Below the pieces are notes generated by a model. The model was not told the DNA's origin, ran no database searches, and saw only the letters and a list, made by a program, of their open reading frames with translations. Below are positions 56,112 through 64,000 of a DNA stretch of 64,000 bases, piece after piece; within the stretch, counting starts at the first letter, position 1; every line of letters starts with the position of its first letter. The stretch comes from an uncultured Verrucomicrobia subdivision 3 bacterium (GTDB taxonomy: Bacteria > Verrucomicrobiota > Verrucomicrobiia > Limisphaerales > UBA11358), in assembly GCA_903884535.1 (NCBI GenBank), contig CAISEZ010000142.1:24800-88799 (forward strand), given 5' to 3'. The translations under genes were made by a program, and so were the position numbers.

Positions 56112-57551
56112 TCAAGCCTTCAGCCAAACGCGTTTTTCTTTCCAAGTGAGAAACATCAACGTCACCGTGACGATGGCGGTCACGCCGACGCAAAGCGGCG
56201 CGAGAAAACGATCCAAGGGCAGCGAGCCGCGCGGTGGCAGGCGAAGTTGCGCCGTCAGAATGTCGCCGTTGCCGGAAAATCGGGTTTGCGCGACGACGTT
56301 GCCGCCGCCGGTCACGGCTTGTGAAATGCCGGAACTGGCAAGGCGGAAAATCGGGATGCCGTATTCTGCCGCGCGCACCGGCGCGACGCGGGCGTGCAGC
56401 TCGTGCTGGTGCCGGCCCCATTCCGCCACGTCCATCGTCGGCACGATCAACAGCTGCGCGCCTTGCCGCACGAGTTCATCCGTAACACGCGTGTAGCTCA
56501 AATCGTAGCAGATGCAGAAACCGATCTTGCCCCATGGCGAATTCCAGACCATCTGTTCCGGCGCCGGCAGGCCATCGTGAAAAAACTGGATGGGCACGCG
56601 TTTGACCTGTTTGAACACAATCTCACCGTTCGTGCCGATGACAAAGGCCGTGTTGTAATAAACGTCATTCGTAATGACATCCTTGCCGCCCACGACAAGA
56701 AAGCGCGCGTGGTCGCGGCACCAGTTTTTCAGCGCGTCGGGCACGCCGCCGTCGAGCGTGTATTCGCTCAGGACAAAAATCGGCGCGTTGGTGTTTTTGG
56801 CCAAAGCCTGGTCGAGAATTCTGGGCAGAAGATGTTCTGGCGGGAATTCCATTTGGACACCGACGAGGGAAACCGGAGGAACGCGTTTGTGTTTTGTATA
56901 GGCTATCGCCGGAAGAAGGATTGCCCATAAAATTAACAACAATACCAAAATCAATATTGCTTCAATCATTTTCTGAGTCAGCAAATGCCTGTGGAAATAT
57001 AACGAAACAATTGCAAAAACAACGAAACCAAGGCCATACATTCCAGTTCCATTGAGCCAAGCCGGATAAGCGTAGCCAACATTCAGCCACGAAAACCTCA
57101 AGAAGTAGAGTTCGCTTCGGAAATATTCCACGCCGGTCCAGACTATCGGAATCAGCCACACAGCTTTGACTTGGCCCCAACGCCGGCGGCTGCCGCAAAC
57201 AATTGCTGCGAACAGCCCCACCCAAAACGCCAGCACCAGCCACAACACAATTGCGCACGGTCCGAAGATGCTCCACATGAAAAACAGTTGGGGCGCGTAA
57301 CACAAATATCCAGTGACCAGACCGAAATAAAACGCGCGCCGGACAGTTAACTGGTTTGTGAGTTGGACGAGTCCCCAAGCGTAGCCGAAGATAAACAAAC
57401 CCGTCGCCGGATATTTGAGCGACGTGTAAGCGACATGAAAACACACCACCGCCAGCGCGAGCCATAGGAAAGATTTTTTCCAACCGAGCGGTTCCACCGA
57501 TGGCCTGACGACATGCACCAGGGAATTGAACGGGCAAACGGGCCGTGGCAA
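56112..57551 (-). CDS. lnt: Apolipoprotein N-acyltransferase
   Basis: 479-aa maximal ORF starting at TTG 57551. GTG at 57518 or 57497 is more likely. Multi-TM N-terminal domain plus CN-hydrolase domain (..VLSEYTLDG.., ..KQVKRVP.., ..GFCICYDLSY..). Confidence 0.85.
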   Translation of the reverse strand: MPRPVCPFNSLVHVVRPSVEPLGWKKSFLWLALAVVCFHVAYTSLKYPATGLFIFGYAWGLVQLTNQLTVRRAFYFGLVTGYLCYAPQLFFMWSIFGPCAIVLWLVLAFWVGLFAAIVCGSRRRWGQVKAVWLIPIVWTGVEYFRSELYFLRFSWLNVGYAYPAWLNGTGMYGLGFVVFAIVSLYFHRHLLTQKMIEAILILVLLLILWAILLPAIAYTKHKRVPPVSLVGVQMEFPPEHLLPRILDQALAKNTNAPIFVLSEYTLDGGVPDALKNWCRDHARFLVVGGKDVITNDVYYNTAFVIGTNGEIVFKQVKRVPIQFFHDGLPAPEQMVWNSPWGKIGFCICYDLSYTRVTDELVRQGAQLLIVPTMDVAEWGRHQHELHARVAPVRAAEYGIPIFRLASSGISQAVTGGGNVVAQTRFSGNGDILTAQLRLPPRGSLPLDRFLAPLCVGVTAIVTVTLMFLTWKEKRVWLKA

Positions 57552-57562
57552 AAGAAAAAAAC
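57519..57562 (-). repeat. Copy B of the ~43-nt element, at the lnt 5' end
   Basis: Minus strand GTTTTTTTCTTTTGCCACGGCCCGTTTGCCCGTTCAATTCCCTG followed directly by GTG (57518). Confidence 0.8.
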
Positions 57563-57570
57563 TTCAGTTT

Positions 57571-57660
57571 GTCGCGCGAAGGACGCAAAGTCGGCGAAGG
57601 AATTTCAAGCCGCCGATAAATTAATTCCGTCCTTCGCAACCTTCGCGGTCTTCGCGCGAC
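57571..57660. repeat. Imperfect inverted repeat built from CCTTCGC-type units (REP-like; possible terminator of the GH42-like gene)
   Basis: Outer 11 bp are perfect (GTCGCGCGAAG 57571..57581 / CTTCGCGCGAC 57650..57660). Inner GCGAAGGA / TCCTTCGC also pair. A T-run follows on the minus strand. Confidence 0.7.
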
Positions 57661-57671
57661 TGGCCTTGCTT

Positions 57672-59753
57672 TTATTTTCCTTCATCTTGCGCCAGCACGA
57701 TCATCGAATATATCCGCAGGGGCGGCACCGTAAAACGGACGACATCACCGGTCGTTTCAAATTGGAGCGTCACCGGCTCATCCGCGTCCGGCGAGAAGCA
57801 GGTCACGGACTTCACCGCGCCGGCAAATTGTTTTCGCACGGTCATCTTGAACGGCGACAGCGGATTCTTCCGGTCGAAGTTGACGAAGTGAATGATCGTC
57901 TCGCGTGACTCCGTTCGAGTCAGCATTTCGGCCACGGTCGTCAGCGGCGCATCGCTCGTCAAAGAAAGCCCGCGCGGCAATGCGCCCGTGATCGCATCAT
58001 AAATTTCCTGATGATTTTTCGGCAGCAGCCATTGCGGCGGCGACAGCTTGGGCGTCGGCTGCGAGCTCGCGCCGGGTTCTGGATTGTCATTGCCGCCGGA
58101 AGTTTTTTCAAACTTCACGTCCGGCACTATTTTGGGAATGTTAACGATTTCTCCCCTGCCCTCGGCCCGCGCGGGCAGGAACGGATTCTTGTGGCGCTTC
58201 TCGCGCCAATCGTTGTATTCGCCGGTATTGTCGGTCACGACTAGCGTGCCGCCGCGGCGGACATATTCGAGCAACATTTTCGCCTGTGCATCCGAGACAC
58301 ATTCCTGGCCCGCGAGAATCACGGATTGATAATGGTCAAGGTTCGTCAACTCTTCGTCAAAGAGCAGATCGAACGGAATTTTATGCTGGATCAGCACCTG
58401 CTCCATCAGCGTGGCGGGCGTGTAGGTGGCGTTGATGCTGTAAGCCATGGACGGCCAATTGCGCAGCACCGCCACGTCCGCCACGTTGCGGGTGCCGGTG
58501 TAATAGCGCGAAAAATAATGCCGGTAAAATTCAATCGTCGCCGTGGTGCCGGAGCGCGCCGCCATCCACGGCGAGCCGGCGTAACCGGCCACCGGGGATT
58601 CGTAGCCAAACGCCATTTGTTGGGCGCAAAGCAGTTCATCGCCAAGCGGCGCGTCGCAACTCGCGCCGAGGTCGCGCGCCATTTTGTAGGAGCGAATTTG
58701 CGAAACGAGCGCGCCGGTCTTGGCATCAATCCGCGCATCGTAACCGCCGGTGTCGAACGCGAGGATGTCCACATGGCCGGCGTAAAGCGGATGATAAACG
58801 GCGTTCGCCCAATACCGGTTCCAACTGTAAACGCCCTTGATGTTCATCAACACGGCGACATTCGGGTTGAGGCTTTTGACGTAATCGGAAAGATCGTCGG
58901 CATAATGCGCCAGCGATTCGCAGCGAAAGCGTGTCCATTCCTGCAAGACCGGATCGTTCAACACCGACAGGCCGTCCGGCTGCGTGGCGTTGTCCCATTC
59001 ATTCGGCTTGATCCAATTCACATCCGGCAAGCCGAACCGGCGCAGGACGGCTGCCTTGGTCGGATATTTATTGCGGAGAAAATCGTGAAACGCGGCAAGG
59101 CAGCGCGGGCAGCGGCACGAGTCCGGCTCGGGTTGCAGCATGACATTGTCGAAAACAATCTGGTCCGCGTGCAATTCCTCCACGCCGATTTTCAAAATGC
59201 GCTTGAGATAGTCGCGATACGCGGGCTCGTTCGGACAGGCATAGTGCCGGTAAGTTTGCAGGCCGTAAGGCACCCAATGATTTCCCTGATTGCGTTGCTC
59301 CCAATTCTGCGCCTCGGGCAATTCGTGATACAGCGTTTCGGTGAACATCGTCCCGCCGACGTAAAGTCCCACCTTGATGCCGTGCTGGTGCAGTTCATCG
59401 GCGATGCGCTTGGATTCCACCATCGCCGGCCGCTCGTATTCGAGGCCGAATCCCTTGTAGAAATAAATCATCGCATAACGCACGCCGGCATCGGCCATGC
59501 GCTGGATGTTTTCCGGATCGCCCATATGCGCGTAATGTTCCGGCTCATCGTCAAAGTGATCGCCGCGCCGCAGCAGAAAATCCAGCGGCTCGTGCGTCAG
59601 CCAGGTGATATTCTTGACCAATTGCCGGTTCGTTTCGGCGCTGCGTTCCCAGCGCGTCACGCTGGCCTGACTGGAATTGGTGACCGATTCTGCCAGCGCA
59701 GGCATTGGGGCCAGCAGGCTTAAAATAGTGAAAACAATAAAGTGTAGTTTCAT
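57672..59753 (-). CDS. Secreted GH42-like (beta-galactosidase-like TIM barrel) protein
   Basis: ORF 57672..59849. ATG 59753 (MKLHFIVFTILSLLAPMPALA signal peptide). YACPNEPAYRDY and CRCPRC resemble the CPN-x-P and CxCxxC zinc-site motifs of GH42. Confidence 0.45.
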   Translation of the reverse strand: MKLHFIVFTILSLLAPMPALAESVTNSSQASVTRWERSAETNRQLVKNITWLTHEPLDFLLRRGDHFDDEPEHYAHMGDPENIQRMADAGVRYAMIYFYKGFGLEYERPAMVESKRIADELHQHGIKVGLYVGGTMFTETLYHELPEAQNWEQRNQGNHWVPYGLQTYRHYACPNEPAYRDYLKRILKIGVEELHADQIVFDNVMLQPEPDSCRCPRCLAAFHDFLRNKYPTKAAVLRRFGLPDVNWIKPNEWDNATQPDGLSVLNDPVLQEWTRFRCESLAHYADDLSDYVKSLNPNVAVLMNIKGVYSWNRYWANAVYHPLYAGHVDILAFDTGGYDARIDAKTGALVSQIRSYKMARDLGASCDAPLGDELLCAQQMAFGYESPVAGYAGSPWMAARSGTTATIEFYRHYFSRYYTGTRNVADVAVLRNWPSMAYSINATYTPATLMEQVLIQHKIPFDLLFDEELTNLDHYQSVILAGQECVSDAQAKMLLEYVRRGGTLVVTDNTGEYNDWREKRHKNPFLPARAEGRGEIVNIPKIVPDVKFEKTSGGNDNPEPGASSQPTPKLSPPQWLLPKNHQEIYDAITGALPRGLSLTSDAPLTTVAEMLTRTESRETIIHFVNFDRKNPLSPFKMTVRKQFAGAVKSVTCFSPDADEPVTLQFETTGDVVRFTVPPLRIYSMIVLAQDEGK

Positions 59754-60074
59754 GGTATTTGAGTTCGATTTTGACTTATCTTTCCAAAAATTTCCCGCCG
59801 GTTTATCAACTGCATTTTGCGGACCAGGTTTGCGAACTGCATCAGTCACTATTCCAACAGGTCGGACGGCACTTACCAGCCCACCACTTGCCGCACAATA
59901 ATTCGCTCCTGAAAATCTGGCTTCCTCCCGCTGCGCGGATAATCTGCCGACAAGCTAAATGCTAACCCAAGTAGATTCGGCGTCAGCTAAAATTGAAGTG
60001 AACTCGGGTAGAACGATCAGGCCAACGAGGCTCTTGATTTCAGCGAAGAATCCAGACGGATTTCAAGATTCAAG

Positions 60075-60094
60075 GGTTGACCTGCGGGTCAGCC
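60075..60094. repeat. Copy of the GGYTGACC-TGCK-GGTCAGCC hairpin motif
   Basis: GGTTGACCTGCGGGTCAGCC, compared with 41541..41560 GGCTGACCTGCTGGTCAGCC. Confidence 0.7.
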
Positions 60095-60150
60095 AAACCG
60101 GCCACGGAACGCGAATCATGACAGATCTAAAACCAGCAATTCCTTGCGCT

Positions 60151-60191
60151 TTCAAAATGACGACGGCACAGCGAGAAATTGTGCCGTCGTC
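60151..60191 (-). terminator. Terminator hairpin downstream of the giant gene
   Basis: Perfect 12-bp stem GACGACGGCACA / TGTGCCGTCGTC with a 9-nt loop, followed on the minus strand by ATTTTGAA (weak U-tract). 33 nt after the stop at 60225. Confidence 0.55.
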
Positions 60192-60224
60192 AAATTGGAA
60201 GGAAAATTTTCTAGTTGGACCTGC

Positions 60225-63200
60225 TCACGGGAAGACGAGCCGATAAAACAGCATGGGCTCGCCAGAGCCGGACGGTTGGAAGTTCAAGGTTCCGGAGTTG
60301 CCCGTGTTATTGGTAAATACCGGCACCCACGCTGATGAACCCAGATTCGTCGAAGCCTGCACGATGTAAGTCAGACCGGTAATCGTGGTGCCGCTCAACT
60401 GCAGTTGACCCGGTGTGCCGACACTTGCAGTCACCAACGGGGGCGCCGCCACAACCAGCGAGGCGACGCTGCTGGTCGCCGCTCCTGCTGAATTGGTGAC
60501 GATCACGACATAAGGTCCGGCATTGGCCGTCTGAACATTGGTCAGGCCGAGCACCGAAGTCGTCGCCCCGGAAATCCCATTGCTGTTAAAGAACCACTCA
60601 TAACCCAGGTTGGAGCCGGTGGCACCCACGTTGAAGCTGACGTTTTTTCCTGCCAAAACCGATTGACTGACAGGTTGATTGGTAATCACCGGACCGACTA
60701 GGAACAGGTCGCTCAAATCGTTCACGGTGGCGACGTTGTTATAGGTTCCGGATGGTGTGGATGCTGTTTCACTGGCGGGAATGGCATTACTCATATAATT
60801 CGCGCCAGCCGGATTGTTATAGTTCAGCCCAAAAATCTCCTCCATCGTTTTCACGTCCGAAGAATGGCTCATGACCACGCTGCTGGCATAAGCATTACCC
60901 TTGGCCAGCGGCGAGATGATGATTTCAGGAATTGTGTAGCTGGTGCTGTCGCCGCCTTCGCTTTCATCAAAACGAATGATGATAACGCCGTTGTTGGCGA
61001 ATGCAGGAGAAGCCATGATCTGGGGAATAATGATTGAAAGAAAGTTGTCACCCTGAGCAATAGCTGCCTGGTCACCTGTGTAACTAATGCCCTGATAGGT
61101 AAAGCCTCCAGATAGTGCGGAGTGCATGCAATTATAAATGTTGGGCATGACCCAATTGTATTTTCCAAGAGTATTATTGGCCAGGGCGGCAGCAAAATTG
61201 GTCAGGCTATAGACGTTTTTCGTCTGCGAATCGGTAAAGAATGCCATCGGGTTGTGCTTGACCGCATAATAATACTGGGTGGTGCCGTTATAGGCATTCA
61301 CCCTACTGCCAGAACCCGACTTACTAACTGTGGGCGTTGTATATTCGACATCCTCCTCAAAATTGCTCCAGGAAATTCCCGCCACGTCCAATTGTTTGGT
61401 GAAGTGCATCACATTAAAAAGATTGCCAACTCCCGCAGAAGGGTCGGTATCTGCATGGAACCCGAAATCCGTCCCCGCCTCCTCCCAGATATAGCTGGGC
61501 TCGGATGGATGCACGCCGGCACCAGCATTGTAATATTTTTTAGCAAAGGAAACATACGTTGCATTGGAATTGCCCGGCGTAATCAGGCTGTTGAGGTAGG
61601 GACAAGCTGGATTGTTGGAGATTTGTTGGGGGCTGGAGGTTGGGCTTGGCTGGGTGAAGTTATGGTTCTCCATGCCGATCATGAAGATTATCCCCACGTT
61701 TTTGTCAATAAACTGGGAGGCAAGCGCATTGGTCGAGATCACCGTGATATTCACCACGCCAGAGGTAGTCGAAGCGCCGCTGTCATCCGTCGCCATTGCC
61801 GTCAAAGCATAAGCCCCGGCGGTAACATTCGCCCAAGTGAAGTTATAAGGTGCGGAAGTAACATTAGTCAGCAAGGTTGAACCTTGGTAGAAGGCTACAT
61901 TGGTCACATTGCCGGTATTCGCCGCTGCGGTCGCAGAAAGTGAAACGCTGGCAGGAGCATTAAAGGTAGTATAATTCGCTGGACTCGTGAGACTGACGGT
62001 CGGTGGCACATGCCCCACGACAACCGTGACGTTGACCACCGATGAAGTTGCCATCAGGCCCAACGCATCAGTGGCCACAGCTGTCAAAGCGAAACTGCCA
62101 ACAACGACATTAGGCCACGTCAGACTGTAAGGAGCGGTGGTCGCACCTCCAAGATCGGTGGCATTGGCAAAAAATTCCACGTTGGTTATCGTGCCCCCCA
62201 ATTCCTGCGCGTCCGCAGAAATAACAGGGCTGGAGCCGGCATTTAAAATCGCCGCATTGGTTGGCGAAGTCACTTGAACGGTTGGGAAAGAATTCAATCC
62301 TGGGAATTGAAAGACGCCAGACGCATTGATGACCTGGTTAGAGCTGGCTAGTGTGAAACTTACAAAGTCCGAGGTCGTGAGCCGGTTGAGCGGCTCGGTG
62401 GCAAAGTAAGATCCCGCATTTGACTGGGCAAAGATGTAATATACCGGAGAGGTGGCTGGGGTGACGTTGATGGAATAAAGGCTGTTGCCACTATGGTCGT
62501 TGTAAACCTGTTCCGCCATCGCGCCCTCCAAGGTCCAGTTGGTCACGGATACTGTCGGATCGGACGATGACCATACCGAGAGGCCAGCCCCGCTACGGTT
62601 GGTCAGCATCAGGTTTTCCCCGCTAAAAAAGCCCTGACCTGCATCGTAGGCCGTTAAAAATTGGTTGGTATTGACAAATGGAATGATACCCGGGGTCACG
62701 CTGGCCCAATTCGTCCCAATGCGCAATTCATCCCAAGTGCTGGCGATGGTGCCGACCGTGCCAAGACTATTGGTTCCTTCATTACAGAGTGTAAAGTAAG
62801 CCAGGCTGGGTTTATTAACCGAACTGCCGGTGCCGCTGGCCGTGACCGTCACATCCGCGGTTGGCGCACTGCCTGCACCATAACTGCCACTAGCAGGATT
62901 GACCCACAATTCCAAGGTATCATGGGTGCTTGGGTGGAAAGTATATCTGGCCACAATCAAATTGGTCGCATTCAAGGTCAATACCGTGCTCCCAAATGCC
63001 AGCGTGCCATTGGCGGAAGAGCCACCGCCTTGATCAATCCCGACCTGCAGGCTTGAATTGATAAGAATGGCACCTGCCGTGCCACTTATCGCGTTTTCAT
63101 TGTTAACCGGTGCGGTATCATTAAAAAATGCAATTGAGGAGTTGAAGATTGGTGCCGCGTTTAACTGGTAAAGGAATGAAAAACAAACGCTCGCGCCTTC

Positions 63201-64000
63201 CACCGCCGATTGCGTGGCATATTGGGTTCCGATGTCCCTTGGGTTGCTGGAAGTTTTCGCCGTCGCTGCCCCGTTTGTCGCCGGTGCAAACCCAGATGGA
63301 GCGGTAAGTCCATTGGTGGCATAGGTAATCAGACTACTGCCGGTGCTGCCCTGCAACCAGGTATTGCCGCCTAATTTGGTGAGAATTCCGTTAGTGGGGC
63401 CATAATTAAAGCTATCGTAAAACGGGAGTTGGGCTATCGTCTGACCGGTGACGCCGGTCACCGTCACGGTTGTCGAATTCGTGCTCGTGCCCGCACAGCT
63501 GGCAGCCCGCACCCGGTAATAAAAAGTGCCCCCGCTTCCGGGCGTCACCGACTTGGTGGTGACATTCCCCACGGACAGATTGCTGTAACCTGAAACCAGC
63601 GATGTAAACAAGCTGTCATACGCCACGTCGAGGTAATATCCCGTGGCCCCAGTGGAAGCGGTCCAAGTGGCGGTGAATGAAGTAGTGGTGGTGGTCACCG
63701 TCCCGGGCACCACCGGCGTGGCGGGTGCCAGCAAGGAGCCGGTCGCCGAAGCACTGAAGGCCGTGGCCATACCAGCGCCATTTTCAGCAGCCACTTCAAA
63801 GTTGTAAGTGGTGCAGGAACTCAGGTTGGTCACGGTCACCGTGCCCCAGGTCGTGGCACTTTGATAGACCGGCGTGGCCGAAGTCAGCCCGCCAGTGGCC
63901 GTCACATACTTGGCCGTGGTTGCGTCATAAATGGCATAAAGCGTGCCCGCTGGATTGCCATCTCCAACTCCCAGCGTGACATTCAAACTATTGACTGTGC
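60225..64000 (-). CDS. Giant secreted multidomain protein (FN3-like, LamG-like, Ig-like x2, phosphoesterase/PLC-acid-phosphatase-like, I-set Ig, C-terminal module); 5' end outside the window
   Basis: ORF track starts at TTG 63986 but the frame stays open to 64000. FN3-like TATWTASTGATGYYLDV, LamG-like ..WDELRIGTNWASV.., phosphoesterase-like IIFMIGMENHNFTQ ... VIIIRFDESEGGD, Ig-like GPVITNQPVSQSVLAGKNVSFNV..ANAGPYVVIVTNSAG, end ..WVPVFTNNTGNSGTLNF...MLFYRLVFP. Confidence 0.7.
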   Translation of the reverse strand, partial: TVNSLNVTLGVGDGNPAGTLYAIYDATTAKYVTATGGLTSATPVYQSATTWGTVTVTNLSSCTTYNFEVAAENGAGMATAFSASATGSLLAPATPVVPGTVTTTTTSFTATWTASTGATGYYLDVAYDSLFTSLVSGYSNLSVGNVTTKSVTPGSGGTFYYRVRAASCAGTSTNSTTVTVTGVTGQTIAQLPFYDSFNYGPTNGILTKLGGNTWLQGSTGSSLITYATNGLTAPSGFAPATNGAATAKTSSNPRDIGTQYATQSAVEGASVCFSFLYQLNAAPIFNSSIAFFNDTAPVNNENAISGTAGAILINSSLQVGIDQGGGSSANGTLAFGSTVLTLNATNLIVARYTFHPSTHDTLELWVNPASGSYGAGSAPTADVTVTASGTGSSVNKPSLAYFTLCNEGTNSLGTVGTIASTWDELRIGTNWASVTPGIIPFVNTNQFLTAYDAGQGFFSGENLMLTNRSGAGLSVWSSSDPTVSVTNWTLEGAMAEQVYNDHSGNSLYSINVTPATSPVYYIFAQSNAGSYFATEPLNRLTTSDFVSFTLASSNQVINASGVFQFPGLNSFPTVQVTSPTNAAILNAGSSPVISADAQELGGTITNVEFFANATDLGGATTAPYSLTWPNVVVGSFALTAVATDALGLMATSSVVNVTVVVGHVPPTVSLTSPANYTTFNAPASVSLSATAAANTGNVTNVAFYQGSTLLTNVTSAPYNFTWANVTAGAYALTAMATDDSGASTTSGVVNITVISTNALASQFIDKNVGIIFMIGMENHNFTQPSPTSSPQQISNNPACPYLNSLITPGNSNATYVSFAKKYYNAGAGVHPSEPSYIWEEAGTDFGFHADTDPSAGVGNLFNVMHFTKQLDVAGISWSNFEEDVEYTTPTVSKSGSGSRVNAYNGTTQYYYAVKHNPMAFFTDSQTKNVYSLTNFAAALANNTLGKYNWVMPNIYNCMHSALSGGFTYQGISYTGDQAAIAQGDNFLSIIIPQIMASPAFANNGVIIIRFDESEGGDSTSYTIPEIIISPLAKGNAYASSVVMSHSSDVKTMEEIFGLNYNNPAGANYMSNAIPASETASTPSGTYNNVATVNDLSDLFLVGPVITNQPVSQSVLAGKNVSFNVGATGSNLGYEWFFNSNGISGATTSVLGLTNVQTANAGPYVVIVTNSAGAATSSVASLVVAAPPLVTASVGTPGQLQLSGTTITGLTYIVQASTNLGSSAWVPVFTNNTGNSGTLNFQPSGSGEPMLFYRLVFP

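Noticed and set aside
56056-56421. 122-codon N-terminal extension of the helicase ORF
   Set aside because: The Arg/Pro-rich extension overlaps the 3' end of lnt. Helicase homology starts at MSREYVLKPYQ (ATG 56055), which is directly preceded by the conserved 43-nt element.
58326-59723. 465-aa plus-strand ORF inside the GH42-like gene
   Set aside because: Antisense shadow ORF with Arg/His/Gly-rich featureless translation. The sense frame has a signal peptide and GH42-like motifs.
59959-60246. 95-aa plus-strand ORF in the 470-nt gap
   Set aside because: It runs through the terminator hairpin and into the 3' end of the giant gene on the opposite strand. Composition is featureless.

Overview
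This is a high-GC bacterial chromosomal window. Gene content, secreted-protein architecture and dispersed hairpin repeats suggest a Verrucomicrobiota/PVC-type organism, but that is inference only. I support about 50 protein genes and saw no rRNA, tRNA, CRISPR array, transposase or integrase.

Gene order:
- L-arabinose/arabinan operon on the minus strand (araA, GH51, GH127, 5' part of araB) with a ROK regulator.
- TlpA-like thioredoxin, a multi-zinc-ribbon protein and an orphan ABC-2 permease.
- ilvB, preceded by a Val/Ile/Leu-rich leader peptide with terminator/antiterminator helices.
- MacA/MacB-type efflux set.
- prs-rplY-pth-rpsF-ssb-rplI operon.
- PocR/AraC regulator, PAS histidine kinase and LuxR response regulator.
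- ADP-forming acetyl-CoA synthetase-GNAT fusion, PFOR (nifJ) and a DHOD-like gene.
- Radical SAM gene, adk, and hypFCDE divergent from hypAB, with no structural hydrogenase genes in the window.
- MFS transporter.
- Tightly overlapped DoxX / TAT-oxidoreductase / discoidin / GT39 / ApbE operon.
- Sugar-phosphate isomerase.
- Uncharacterised cassette: HExxH protein, Nif11-like small protein, sulfotransferase-fold protein, GNAT-Asp-beta-hydroxylase fusion.
- DUF6916-like, phage-tail-collar, beta-propeller and Sel1 genes.
- UvrD/PcrA-like helicase, lnt, a GH42-like gene, and a giant secreted multidomain protein that runs off the right edge.

Most unusual signals:
1. A ~100-nt hairpin-type repeat element read through in frame inside the helicase gene.
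2. A family of AT-rich 7-nt-periodic tracts at four loci: twice inside hypF, once inside the helicase element, and once as an inverted repeat spanning the macA-like stop codon.
3. The ilvB leader-peptide attenuator.
4. The Nif11/sulfotransferase/GNAT-AspH/HExxH cassette.
5. A duplicated ~43-nt element abutting the starts of two neighbouring genes.

All functional calls rest on my own reading of translations and motifs. No database search was possible.
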